NCBI GenBank assembly: GCA_045630425.1
Contig: JAZQTB010000079.1
Span: 1 to 61,254 of the forward strand
Direction: 5' to 3'
From: Kiritimatiellia bacterium
GTDB taxonomy: Bacteria > Verrucomicrobiota > Kiritimatiellia > RFP12 > UBA1067
Length of the DNA: 61,254 nucleotides
Positions within the stretch are counted from its first letter, which is position 1. The number at the start of each line of letters is the position of its first letter. The notes beneath the pieces were generated by a model that saw nothing but the letters and a program-made list of their open reading frames with translations, was not told the origin of the DNA and did no database searches. Shown here piece after piece: positions 14,184-23,489 of this stretch. The translations under genes were made by a program, and so were the position numbers.

Positions 14184-15307
14184 TCCGTGAAAACGTAGAC
14201 ATTCAGGTTCGGCGTTTTTAGATTTTTTCTCACTTCGAAAATCTTTCCGAGTTTCACCGTCTCAGGCGCAAAGAAAAGCACGGAGCGGACTTTCGAAGCG
14301 GCCGCGTCGACGGCTTCGGCCGCGGAGCGTACATCCGCATAGGTTTTTTCGACAGCTGTGAGTCTGGGATCAAGAGAGTTCTCGTCGCTCCAGTCCTCTT
14401 TTATCACCGTCACGCCGACGGAACCGTCCGCCTTGAACCGCACTTCCGGAGGCTGCGTGAGACGTTCCTTCCGGTCGCGCCATTTTTCGAGCGGAAGATA
14501 CGCCCTGTAGTAAAGCTGCCCTTCCTCGACCCCGTTGATTTTAATGTCGGGGGAATCGATCATCTGGAGGAGCCGAGCCGCGTCGCGCGCGGATTTTACG
14601 GTCATGTCGGAAGAGAATCTGCAAAGGACGTCGAGGCGAGACCGCTCCGATTCGGCCTTGAGGGAACGGACAAGTCCGACGAGATTGGTGGTGTTGATCT
14701 CAAGCGTTCTCTTTTTATGGGCCGAGCCGTCGACATATCTGAAGGTTACGCGGCGCAACTCCCCCTTCGGTATTTTTTCGGCAACCTTGAACCGCCCGTA
14801 TGTTGCGGACTGTTCGAGAAAATCGTCGAGAACAATCAGAGATTGGGGGCAGTTGTAAAGAGCGAAAACGGCAGCGGGCATGTTTTGCGCCGCGTCGGCG
14901 GTCCCATTCGCGTTTCTCGTCCCGCCGGTGTAGATTATTTTCGCGCGCCGGTCAACTCGGAAATCCTTTACAAGATTCGTAAAGGCCGGCTCCATGACAA
15001 TCTCGCCGCCCGTCGCCCAGAAACGGCAGTCCTTCTTAGACATGGGGCTTCCGGACGGAAAACCCGCCTTGTCGAATGCGTCGACGATTTCGGAGACCGG
15101 AGCGACGGTTGTAAACATCGATTCGTAGTCGTGGTCGGAGTCGGGACCGACGAAAAGAAATTCGAGTTCCGTGTCCACTCCGCAATCCGTCGAAACGACA
15201 TCGAAGCTTACGGTCTTTTTCTGGGCGTCATACACGACGCCGCCCTTCGAAAAAGCGCAGGAGGCGATCAGAAGCGAAGATGCGAAAAAGAGACCGGCGC
15301 TTTTCAC
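14180..15307 (-). CDS. lipoprotein, unknown function, with YdjY-like N-terminal region
   Basis: Lipobox LIASC. ELEFLFVGPDSDHDYESMF..SEIVDAFDKAGFPSG resembles YdjY-domain proteins (weak call). There are 4-nt overlaps with both neighbours. Confidence 0.65.
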   Translation of the reverse strand: MKSAGLFFASSLLIASCAFSKGGVVYDAQKKTVSFDVVSTDCGVDTELEFLFVGPDSDHDYESMFTTVAPVSEIVDAFDKAGFPSGSPMSKKDCRFWATGGEIVMEPAFTNLVKDFRVDRRAKIIYTGGTRNANGTADAAQNMPAAVFALYNCPQSLIVLDDFLEQSATYGRFKVAEKIPKGELRRVTFRYVDGSAHKKRTLEINTTNLVGLVRSLKAESERSRLDVLCRFSSDMTVKSARDAARLLQMIDSPDIKINGVEEGQLYYRAYLPLEKWRDRKERLTQPPEVRFKADGSVGVTVIKEDWSDENSLDPRLTAVEKTYADVRSAAEAVDAAASKVRSVLFFAPETVKLGKIFEVRKNLKTPNLNVYVFTE

Positions 15308-16515
15308 CTGCAGGCCTCCACTGCGCGCCTGAAGCCTTCGGCGCTGCGGGCGATGATCTTCTCGTCGACCGAACAGCTCAGGCGTATGTAGCCGGGACGC
15401 CCGAAGCCTCTGCCCGGAACGGCGAGAATCCTCTCTTCAAGAAGCGCGTCGACGAACTTCGCGTCGTCTCCGCCGGGAGCCTTTGGGAAGAAGTAGAAAG
15501 CGCCCTTCGGCATCGTGAATTCAACCCCCGCGTCCGTCAGGACCTTGGCCATCAGCGCTCTGCGGCGGGCGTAGACGTCGAGATCGACCGTTTCGTCGCA
15601 GATCGCCGCGGCAAGCCTCTGGCCGATTACGGGCGCGTTGACGCAGCCGAGAGTTCTGTTGACGAGTATGAGCGTCGTCATAAGAGTTCCGCCGTCCTCT
15701 TCGGAAATCTTCGGATTGAGCGCGAGATATCCGACACGCTCGCCGGCCATCGAAAGCGTTTTCGAGAAACTGCCGAGAACGATGGAGTATTTGGTCGTCG
15801 GAAGAACGGCGGGCACTTCCGCGCCGTCGTAGGCGAATATGCGGTAGGGCTCGTCGGAAAGGAGGAAAAGCGCTCTCGCGCCGGGCGTGTTTTCGCGGGC
15901 CGCGTTCACCTCGTCGACGAGAGCGGCGAGAGATTCGATCTCCTCCTTCGAATAAATCGCTCCCGTCGGGTTGTTGGGGGAGTTTACCAGAATAGCGCGC
16001 GTCTTAGGCGTCACCGCAGCCTTTATCGCGGCGAGATCGAGCGAGAAATCCTCTTTCGTGTCGACAGGCTTCAACACCCCGCCGAAATGGCCGCAATAGT
16101 TGCCGTATTCGACGAAGTAAGGACTCGGAACTATGATTTCGTCGCCGGGCTCGACGGTCGCTCTGAAGAAGTCGACGAGCGCGCTGGCGGCGCCGACGGT
16201 CATCACTACGTCCTTCCCGGACAAATCGAGATTCTGCTGCTTCGAGAGATACTTCGCGATCGATTCGCGCACAGAAGGAATTCCGGCGTTCGGGCAGTAC
16301 CCGAGACCGAGCGGACGGACCGCGTCGTCGGCGATCTTGCGCAGAACCTCGCGCGCCGCTTCGGGCGGCGGAACGTCCGGGTTGCCGAGAGAGAAATCGC
16401 ATACGGCGTCTTCGCCGTAACGGGCCTTGAGTTCCAGGCCCTTCTCGAACATTTTGCGGATAAAACCGCCCTTCGCGGCGGCCTGAACGAAATAATCTGT
16501 TACTGTTTGCATCAT
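15304..16515 (-). CDS. class I/II PLP-dependent aminotransferase
   Basis: CDFSLGNPDVPPP, NPTGAIY, and SFSKTLSMAGERVGY (PLP lysine) motifs; 403 aa. Confidence 0.9.
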   Translation of the reverse strand: MMQTVTDYFVQAAAKGGFIRKMFEKGLELKARYGEDAVCDFSLGNPDVPPPEAAREVLRKIADDAVRPLGLGYCPNAGIPSVRESIAKYLSKQQNLDLSGKDVVMTVGAASALVDFFRATVEPGDEIIVPSPYFVEYGNYCGHFGGVLKPVDTKEDFSLDLAAIKAAVTPKTRAILVNSPNNPTGAIYSKEEIESLAALVDEVNAARENTPGARALFLLSDEPYRIFAYDGAEVPAVLPTTKYSIVLGSFSKTLSMAGERVGYLALNPKISEEDGGTLMTTLILVNRTLGCVNAPVIGQRLAAAICDETVDLDVYARRRALMAKVLTDAGVEFTMPKGAFYFFPKAPGGDDAKFVDALLEERILAVPGRGFGRPGYIRLSCSVDEKIIARSAEGFRRAVEACR

Positions 16516-16535
16516 TGTACCTTTTATCGGCGTAT

Positions 16536-16544
16536 ATTATATCA
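16536..16544 (-). promoter_or_regulatory. extended -10 (TGATATAAT) for the aminotransferase operon
   Basis: The reverse complement of attatatca at 16536-16544 is TGATATAAT, about 20 nt upstream of ATG 16515. It sits back-to-back with the fmt promoter. Confidence 0.4.
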
Positions 16545-16559
16545 AACTTTTCATATTTT

Positions 16560-16568
16560 TGGTATAAT
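16560..16568 (+). promoter_or_regulatory. extended -10 (TGGTATAAT) for fmt
   Basis: Perfect TGnTATAAT ending 10 nt before ATG 16579. This implies a very short or absent leader. Confidence 0.4.
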
Positions 16569-16578
16569 ATGCGCCAAA

Positions 16579-17610
16579 ATGAGAGTAGTATACATGGGAT
16601 CTTCCGAAGCTTCGGCTACGTGTCTCAGGGCTATAATGCGCGAGCGCGAGCTTGAAGTCGTAGGTGTAATAACCCAGCCGGACCGTCCGGCCGGGCGAGG
16701 CAAGGCTTTGACGCCCTGTCCGTGCAAGGCTTTTGCCATGGAACAGGGCATACGCGAGATCATTACACCCGAAAACGTAAACTCCGACGAAGCGATGGCC
16801 AAAATCCGCTCATGGAGGCCAGACGTCATAGCGGTCGTCGCTTTCGGGCAATTCCTGAAAGCCCCCCTGCTTGAGCTTCCGATTGCCGGATGCATCAACT
16901 GCCATTTTTCGCTTCTTCCGAAATACCGCGGCGCTTCCCCCGTCGTTTCCGCTCTCGCCGACGGCGAGAAACTTACCGGCGTAACGGTAATGCGCATGGG
17001 GCTCGGAATGGACGACGGTCCCATACTGCTCCTAAGCTACGAACCGATATATTCAGACGTTACCGGCGGCGAACTTATGGATTCTCTGGCTATAACCGGC
17101 GGCGTTACTCTCGCTAAAGCGTTGAAGCTGATCAACCGAAACGCTCTGCCTCCCGAAGTGAAGCAGAACCACGCTGAAGCCACATTCGCGAAAAAACTCA
17201 AAAAGACCGACGGCCTCATAAAATGGGACGATCCCGTGATCTTCGTCGAACGCAGAATACGCGCGTATATGCCCTGGCCGGGGAGTTACTCTTTTCTTCC
17301 GATGAGATTGCGGAAAAAAGGTTCCTCCGGACGCATCTCGGTACTGAAGGCCGCCATAGTCAAGACTTTGGACGCGTCGTGGCGCGACGCGAAACCGGGG
17401 ACCGTTCTCAAGTGCATAAAAACGCCCGTCAAAGACGGACCTCTTGCGGAGATCCTTCCGCCGAAAGCGACGGGTCCCATCGTAAAGTGTCTCGATACGG
17501 CGATCATTCTGCTGGAGGTTAAACCTGAAGGCGGAGGCAGGATGGATGGCGGAGCCTTTCTTGCGGGACGGCCTCTGATCGAAGGCGAAGACGCGTTTTT
17601 AAGCGAATAG
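16579..17610 (+). CDS. fmt: methionyl-tRNA formyltransferase
   Basis: MRVVYMGSSEASATCL..VVGVITQPDRPAGRGK..HFSLLPKYRGASPV..MDDGPIL..KLKKTDGLIKW. The start is taken at ATG 16579. The upstream 430 aa of the listed ORF 15280..17610 are an antisense shadow of the aminotransferase gene. Confidence 0.9.
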   Translation: MRVVYMGSSEASATCLRAIMRERELEVVGVITQPDRPAGRGKALTPCPCKAFAMEQGIREIITPENVNSDEAMAKIRSWRPDVIAVVAFGQFLKAPLLELPIAGCINCHFSLLPKYRGASPVVSALADGEKLTGVTVMRMGLGMDDGPILLLSYEPIYSDVTGGELMDSLAITGGVTLAKALKLINRNALPPEVKQNHAEATFAKKLKKTDGLIKWDDPVIFVERRIRAYMPWPGSYSFLPMRLRKKGSSGRISVLKAAIVKTLDASWRDAKPGTVLKCIKTPVKDGPLAEILPPKATGPIVKCLDTAIILLEVKPEGGGRMDGGAFLAGRPLIEGEDAFLSE

Positions 17611-17612
17611 CC

Positions 17613-18104
17613 CTATTTCGGGTTTACCCTTATGTCTTCCGTCGAAACCGAAACCTCAACCGCCGCGCCGAGAATTTCGACGTTCAGGCAAAGCGACGCT
17701 TCGCGGCCGTATCGGACGACGTACCCCTCGACACCGTAAAGCGGTCCCGAAACGATCTTGACATATTCTCCGATACTGCACATTTTCGCGGGTTTCATGT
17801 CCGGCGCCCTGCGCGCGGCGCGGGCGATCTGCCTGAGCTGATGGATCATCGGCCTCGGACGCGGAACTTGTATGGTCTGAACTATAAGATTCGTTTTCAG
17901 CATCGTGACGCGCTCTTCGGGCGAAAGCCTCGCAAAAACGTATCCCGGGAAACACGGCAGCTCGCGGCGGATTTTACGTCTTTGAATTTTCGTGATTTTC
18001 GTGTATGTCGGAAGATGTCCGAAATATCCCCAGTGCGAAATAAACGACATCACCTTTTTTTCGGTGCGGGGTTTCACATGAAGAACATACCAATCTCGTT
18101 TCAT
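17613..18104 (-). CDS. NusG-family paralog (NGN + KOW; UpxY/RfaH-like specialised antiterminator)
   Basis: WYVLHVKPRTEKKV..CFPGYVFARL (NGN domain) and IGEYVKIVSGPLYGVEGYV (KOW domain). At 163 aa it is too short for housekeeping NusG, and it is not in a secE-nusG-rplK context. Confidence 0.8.
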   Translation of the reverse strand: MKRDWYVLHVKPRTEKKVMSFISHWGYFGHLPTYTKITKIQRRKIRRELPCFPGYVFARLSPEERVTMLKTNLIVQTIQVPRPRPMIHQLRQIARAARRAPDMKPAKMCSIGEYVKIVSGPLYGVEGYVVRYGREASLCLNVEILGAAVEVSVSTEDIRVNPK

Positions 18105-18129
18105 ACAGGTTTCCGTCGTCCCGGTCCGC

Positions 18130-20670
18130 TCATCTTCTGGATGGTTTTCCGCCCGGACGGTAGAACATCAGCATCGCGTCGCTCGTTCTGTAAAGAAGAT
18201 CGCTCAGTTTTACATATCCGGAGCGGCGGCTTTCATCGCCGCGGTCGCAGCCGTTCGGATAGACCACGTGGAACTCCCCTTCTTTTTCGCCTAAGCCGTC
18301 TATGATCGCTATGTCGAGCGGCCAGTGGAAGGAGGTGTCTTCCGTCATGGTTCTGTTTTCTCTTACGATCATGACAGGCTGAGACTTTGCTATCCACCCG
18401 CGTATCATCGCCGACCGGGAAAGCAGTTCCTCTTCCGTCTTGCAAGAGATGAACACATTCTCGGGGTCGGGGATTTTCAAAACTCCGGCGCATTTCCCGA
18501 CCCAGGCGGCGTTTTCGCCGTACTCCGGGGTTTTCGCGGCGCGTCTCGTTCCTGCCGCGCCGTAGCGCTTCAGGCCTTTCCCTTCCGGATTTGCGCCCGG
18601 ATCGTCGTCGGTTTTAAAACGGCCCTGAAGAAGCCCGGCGTCCTTCAACAGCGCTTCCGTCGTCGTGCGGAGTTTTTCGGTTTCCGCCATTCTGAACGCG
18701 GGGCGGGTTTCTGAAGGATTGGAATGGATACGCGTCATATCTATCGCGTCCGTGCGCTGCGCGACCTGACGCGAACCCGGACGTGCTGCCTGAGGCGCCG
18801 TGCCGGGCAGAACGCGGTAGTAATTCGCGATCGCCATAAAAGCCAGGAGCGGATTGGACGAAACGAAAAACCCGTCCTTTTCGCCGAAGTACCAGCGCTC
18901 GTAATACCAGTTGGCGAAAAGTCTGTCCGACGGGAGAAAGAGCGGAACTCCCTTGGGAGCGGCCGAAGCGGGAGGCAATGTGATCGAGAGCTCGTTCTCG
19001 CCGTACCTTACGCCCTTCGCGCTTTTTGCGTAGGAGCGCACGTAATACGTTGCGCCGGGTTTAAGATCGATTATCCTGGCGTCGTAACGGTCGCGGTGAT
19101 ACAAACGGAAGAGCGAGCCCGTCTTTTCCGTCGGGTTCTTTCTAAGTCCGTAACAGAAGCCGTACTCGGTCATAAGCGGCTCGCCGCGGTAGCGGACGTT
19201 CATTTCGGCCCTGAATGACGTGGGCGTCGCGGAATCAAGCGACGTCATTTCCGTCTGGGGTAGGAGAGAGAAATTAAGTTCTGCGGCCGTAGCCTTAACC
19301 TTCGGCATCGCGAGTCTGAAAGTGCAAGTGTCGTTTTCGTTGAAACGGATGTCCGTTATCTCGATTCCCGCCGGGAGGAGATTCGGAAGAACGGCTGCAG
19401 GATCGCTTTCGTGATCGAACCTGTCGCCAGGTCCGAAATAAGCGTTGCCGTTATTGAGTCCCTTGCGGTCGGCATCTCCCTTTCGGTACGTGTAGCAGAG
19501 ATCGGGAGGACCCATCATGGGCGAATTCATCGTCACGTTTATGATGTGGATTAAAAGTCCGTTCGCGGAAGAGCTCCCAACCGGGGGTTTTTCATCCTTG
19601 GCGTATTCGATGCAGAAAAGATAATTGGGGTGGCTCGAAGGAACGAAAATTCCGAGCGGAGGCTTGGTCTCCGCTCCAGTCATCGGGAACCGGTCGGAAC
19701 GCGGACTTAAAGTATACTCGCCCGGGGCGGCGATCTTCGAATACGCGGCGGCCGGGAGAAAAGCGTTGTAGATATATCGGCAATAAGCCATGCCGGTAGG
19801 ACCGTACGACCAGTTGAGACACGGAACGCCTTCAGCGCCGTCGTGCTCTTCGCTCGCGTGATAAAAGTCGGGCGCGCCAAGAAGGTGGCCTATCTCATGG
19901 ACGAGCGTTCCGCCGTTAGCGGGATAATCGACCTGGGGGAGCGAGTTGGGCCACAGTGGATCAGCCCAAAGGACCTTCGGCTCGTATATCTCAAGCCGGT
20001 CTATCTTGCCTTTTGCAAGTTCGTCCGGCGTCGGTTTGGGAGGATAAGACGGCCGCAAGAGTCTTTCGCGCAGCTCGGGATCGTTCTTCAGGCTCTTGCA
20101 ATAGACAAAACACGTATACGCGCCCTTTTTGGCAAGACGCCCGTTTCGCATGACGAATTTAAGCGCGTCCTCCCTGAGCCGTTTCGCACGCTCGTCGCCG
20201 CCGCTCTTATACCCGATAAGATTGTTGCGGACATGATAGCGACAGTAATAACCCAACGGCTTAGGCGCGACATATACGGTGGGATACACGTCGAGAACCG
20301 GCCATGTTATGCCTTGGGAATAATCTTTGTAATAGTCCGCGACCGTCGTCGAACTGCCGAGCGAGTTCAACGAGTTTCGGACTTCCTGCGGGTCCGGAGT
20401 TTCGCAGTCGGGAAACGTTATCACGACGAGATCGACTTTGAACTCGCCCTTCTGGACAGGAACGGTTCTTACGGGCTTGAACGTCGCGCTCGTCGTGCGC
20501 GTAACCGATGAAGACGTGAATTCGACGGGAAGAGCGCGCTTCGAGGCGTCTGGTTTCTCACGCTGATTCGATCTGCCTATAGAAGCGTATGATCGCGGCG
20601 CGGCGGCCGATTGGATAAAGGCCGCGACCGCGAAGAGAATCGTCAGACAAATTCTGGAAGCGGCGTTCAA
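18130..20670 (-). CDS. secreted M6/InhA-like zinc metalloprotease-domain protein
   Basis: Signal peptide MNAASRICLTILFAVAAFIQSAAA. Zinc motif LVHEIGHLLGAPDFYH, like the M6 HEFGHxLGLPDxY. Long C-terminal region of unknown fold. Confidence 0.7.
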   Translation of the reverse strand: MNAASRICLTILFAVAAFIQSAAAPRSYASIGRSNQREKPDASKRALPVEFTSSSVTRTTSATFKPVRTVPVQKGEFKVDLVVITFPDCETPDPQEVRNSLNSLGSSTTVADYYKDYSQGITWPVLDVYPTVYVAPKPLGYYCRYHVRNNLIGYKSGGDERAKRLREDALKFVMRNGRLAKKGAYTCFVYCKSLKNDPELRERLLRPSYPPKPTPDELAKGKIDRLEIYEPKVLWADPLWPNSLPQVDYPANGGTLVHEIGHLLGAPDFYHASEEHDGAEGVPCLNWSYGPTGMAYCRYIYNAFLPAAAYSKIAAPGEYTLSPRSDRFPMTGAETKPPLGIFVPSSHPNYLFCIEYAKDEKPPVGSSSANGLLIHIINVTMNSPMMGPPDLCYTYRKGDADRKGLNNGNAYFGPGDRFDHESDPAAVLPNLLPAGIEITDIRFNENDTCTFRLAMPKVKATAAELNFSLLPQTEMTSLDSATPTSFRAEMNVRYRGEPLMTEYGFCYGLRKNPTEKTGSLFRLYHRDRYDARIIDLKPGATYYVRSYAKSAKGVRYGENELSITLPPASAAPKGVPLFLPSDRLFANWYYERWYFGEKDGFFVSSNPLLAFMAIANYYRVLPGTAPQAARPGSRQVAQRTDAIDMTRIHSNPSETRPAFRMAETEKLRTTTEALLKDAGLLQGRFKTDDDPGANPEGKGLKRYGAAGTRRAAKTPEYGENAAWVGKCAGVLKIPDPENVFISCKTEEELLSRSAMIRGWIAKSQPVMIVRENRTMTEDTSFHWPLDIAIIDGLGEKEGEFHVVYPNGCDRGDESRRSGYVKLSDLLYRTSDAMLMFYRPGGKPSRR

Positions 20671-20682
20671 TTCGGGCCTCCT

Positions 20683-23253
20683 TTATTTGCTTTTTCCGGT
20701 GTTCAACGTTTTGAGGGTAAGCCCCGTAAGATCGCGCTCCTTCTCTCCTACGACGAAAGACGCGAGAAGCGCGACAAGAACGCACGCGACAAGTCCGAGC
20801 CCGCCGAGGAGGAAAGGATGGAACTTAAGACCGAAAACGTCGCAGTCGAGAAGATCGCAGCTGAAGCATACGAAGTAGTTGGCCAGAAGTCCGAGAACGG
20901 CCGCGACGCCCTTGACGCGAGGCATGAACACGCCCATGAAGAAAAGCCCCGTAAGCCCGGCCGTCAACATGGCGATATACTTGTTGAAATTGTCGAACAG
21001 CGCGCTCGACTCCATGCGCGAAAGCGCGAGCGCCGCGAAAATTCCGATAAATCCGACGACGTAGGTGGAGATCTGTCCGCAACGGATCTGGGCCTTACCG
21101 GAAATGCCGGGCCTGAAGCGCTTTATGTAATCGGTGACGATCGCTGTCGAGGCCGACGAAAGATTCGCGGACAGGGTCGAAATCGTCGCGGCGAAAACGG
21201 CCGCGATAACGAGACCGGCGAGCCACGGCGGCATTTCGGTGGCCATAAAGATCGGGAGCACGGAATCGCCCTTCGGCATCGTGACGTCCATCGCCTCCGG
21301 ACGCGAACGGTAGAACGCGAAGAGCGCCATTCCGATAGCGTAGAAGACGATCTGGGCGAAAACGCTCATGCAGCCGTTGAACCACAATGAGCGCTTGGTC
21401 GCGTTTTCGTCGGGAGTCGCGATGTAGCGCTGGATTACGCACTGATCGGAAGTGTAGCTTGAGAGGTTGGATATGAGTCCCTGGACCGCGACGACCCAGA
21501 AGACGGGTTCGGAAAGGATAAAGCGGAAATCCCACATCGTGTTTTTACCCGACGAGTCGGCGATGTTCCAGAAGGTGGAGAAATGCGCGCCGTCCGGACC
21601 GGTCTTCAAAATGAGAAGAACGAGAACCGCGACCGCGCCGCCCATGAGAACGATCCCCTGCACGAAGTCGGACCAGATCACGGCCTCGAGTCCTCCGAGC
21701 GAGCAGTATATCATCGTCAAAATTCCGCATATCAGAATGCACGCGTCGATAGAGACGCCGGTAACGGCGTTAAGGGCGATGGCGGGAAGAAGCGTCACGA
21801 CGGCCACGCGGCAGATCATAAACACCACGAACGCGGCGGACCCGAAAAGTCTTACCCCGAGATTGAAGCGTTTTTCGAGATATTCGTACGCGGAAGTGAT
21901 GCCGAGACGGCAGAAGAACGGCAGATAGTAGTATATCGCGACGGGAGCCATGCCGATAATGAAAAACGCCATAACGAAATAACGCCAGTCCTGCAGATAC
22001 GCCTGGGTCGGAATCGCTATAAACGTGATCGACGAGAGCATCGTCGCGAAAATCGACATGCCCGCGACATACCACGGAATCTTGTTTCCGCCGCGGAAAT
22101 AGTCGTTCTCGTCTTTCTTCTTGAAGATGAAGAAGCAGGCCATGCCGACCATCAAAAGCGCGTAAAATCCGACGACGGCCCACGCCATCGCGCCGAATTT
22201 GCCCGTCTTCCTGAAATTGGCGACGGCCACGGCTGACGTGCGCAAAGCGGGGGCGATTTCGCCGCCGGCGATAAGAAGCGTGTAATCTTCAGGCGTTTTT
22301 CCGGCTAAAAGGCCGGCCGACGCTCCGCAACGGGGACTGTCCCCTTCGGCGAGGACGCCGTATTCGCACCATGCGTCGGTCACGCAGTTGTAGGCGAGAA
22401 TCTTACGCTGCCAGCCGAGCTTTACGGGATCGGTTTCCGTGGAGCCGTTGATCGCACGGTCGATCCAACCCTTTTCGCCGAAGCCGCCGATCATCAGAAT
22501 ATGCTGATGTCCGCTCGGCAGAAAAGCGGCTCCGATCGTGGTCGTGTTTTCCGGGAGGCTGGAAAGCTTGCGCCATCTGTTCGACGAAAGAACCAGCGCA
22601 TAGCCGTCATGAAGCGGCTCTTTAGTCTTAACGTCGTATCCGCCGTAAACTGCGAGAACCTTCTCCTTCTGATCGCCGTTCTGAATGGCGGCGACCGTCT
22701 GAGAACGGACGACTCCGGGCACTTCTGCGACGGTCGACCACCCGGCCGACGGCTTTTCGAGATCGATAAGATAAACCTTTTTGGAGGCGACGACATAAAC
22801 CTTATCGCCGTCGCATGCGGCCGCGCCCATCACGACCGGTTCGGGAAGATCGGGTAGTTCGATTCCGGAACCTTTGCCGGGTAGAATGAACGCTTTTTTA
22901 AATTCGACCTTACCGTCCGTTCCGCCGGCGCAGAAAACACCCTTCTTCGTACGGCAGGATACGCCCTCCGCCGCTTTATACGGAATACGGCCGACCAGGT
23001 CCCATGAACCGTCATCAACGCGAACGGCAATATCGTCGAGGTAGACTTTTTTACCGTCTTTGAAGTCGCTGCCGCCTGCGACGAGGAATGAACCGTCGGG
23101 CAGAAAACCGTGAAAGGCGCGCGCCGATTTCAACGGGGAAGTCTCCGGAGCCTTCCAGTCGACCGCAACAGGAGCTGCCGAAAGACAGAAGGAACCGTAA
23201 ATGCAAGAGAGAGAGAGAACAACAAGTTTCTTAAAAGTGGACATTTTAGACAC
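20683..23253 (-). CDS. fusion of an N-terminal Kelch/beta-propeller (NanM/YjhT mutarotase-like) to a sodium:solute symporter
   Basis: Signal peptide, then about 350 aa with repeated GG blades (VAGGSDF, CAGGTDG, VYGGYD, MIGGFG, IAGGE). Then about 500 aa with ~13 TM helices and SSS-like segments (GGNKIPWYVAGMSIFATMLSSITFIAIP). Confidence 0.8.
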   Translation of the reverse strand: MSKMSTFKKLVVLSLSCIYGSFCLSAAPVAVDWKAPETSPLKSARAFHGFLPDGSFLVAGGSDFKDGKKVYLDDIAVRVDDGSWDLVGRIPYKAAEGVSCRTKKGVFCAGGTDGKVEFKKAFILPGKGSGIELPDLPEPVVMGAAACDGDKVYVVASKKVYLIDLEKPSAGWSTVAEVPGVVRSQTVAAIQNGDQKEKVLAVYGGYDVKTKEPLHDGYALVLSSNRWRKLSSLPENTTTIGAAFLPSGHQHILMIGGFGEKGWIDRAINGSTETDPVKLGWQRKILAYNCVTDAWCEYGVLAEGDSPRCGASAGLLAGKTPEDYTLLIAGGEIAPALRTSAVAVANFRKTGKFGAMAWAVVGFYALLMVGMACFFIFKKKDENDYFRGGNKIPWYVAGMSIFATMLSSITFIAIPTQAYLQDWRYFVMAFFIIGMAPVAIYYYLPFFCRLGITSAYEYLEKRFNLGVRLFGSAAFVVFMICRVAVVTLLPAIALNAVTGVSIDACILICGILTMIYCSLGGLEAVIWSDFVQGIVLMGGAVAVLVLLILKTGPDGAHFSTFWNIADSSGKNTMWDFRFILSEPVFWVVAVQGLISNLSSYTSDQCVIQRYIATPDENATKRSLWFNGCMSVFAQIVFYAIGMALFAFYRSRPEAMDVTMPKGDSVLPIFMATEMPPWLAGLVIAAVFAATISTLSANLSSASTAIVTDYIKRFRPGISGKAQIRCGQISTYVVGFIGIFAALALSRMESSALFDNFNKYIAMLTAGLTGLFFMGVFMPRVKGVAAVLGLLANYFVCFSCDLLDCDVFGLKFHPFLLGGLGLVACVLVALLASFVVGEKERDLTGLTLKTLNTGKSK

Positions 23254-23305
23254 CTTTCAAAATATGTTCGTTAGATTGTCTTCTCTGACGCCGTAAACGA
23301 CAAAT

Positions 23306-23338
23306 GCGCTTCACCTTTTAACACTTCAGGCGAAACGC
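23306..23338 (-). terminator. possible hairpin downstream of tRNA-Ala
   Basis: The minus-strand RNA gcguuucgcc..13 nt..ggugaagcgc forms 10 bp including 2 G-U pairs, followed by auuugucguuu. The large loop and weak U tract make this tentative. Confidence 0.25.
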
Positions 23339-23347
23339 ACTTTCTAT

Positions 23348-23423
<76 letters not shown>

Positions 23424-23443
23424 AAATGTTGAAAACGGTGTGT

Positions 23444-23472
23444 ATTATCTCATATCCCGCGCAGAAAGTCAA
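23444..23472 (-). promoter_or_regulatory. sigma70-type promoter of tRNA-Ala
   Basis: On the minus strand: -35 TTGACT (23467-23472), a 17-nt spacer, and -10 GATAAT (23444-23449). An A/T-rich UP-like tract lies upstream (23476-23512). The -10 element ends about 20 nt upstream of the tRNA 5' end at 23423. Confidence 0.5.
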
Positions 23473-23489
23473 TAGGGTATTTTTATTTT

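Noticed and set aside
15280-16578. The N-terminal ~430 aa of the 776-aa plus-strand ORF 15280..17610
   Set aside because: It lies antisense to the aminotransferase gene, which carries clear PLP-enzyme motifs. The translation is R/G/E-rich with no motifs. The real fmt gene starts at ATG 16579, right after a TGGTATAAT promoter.
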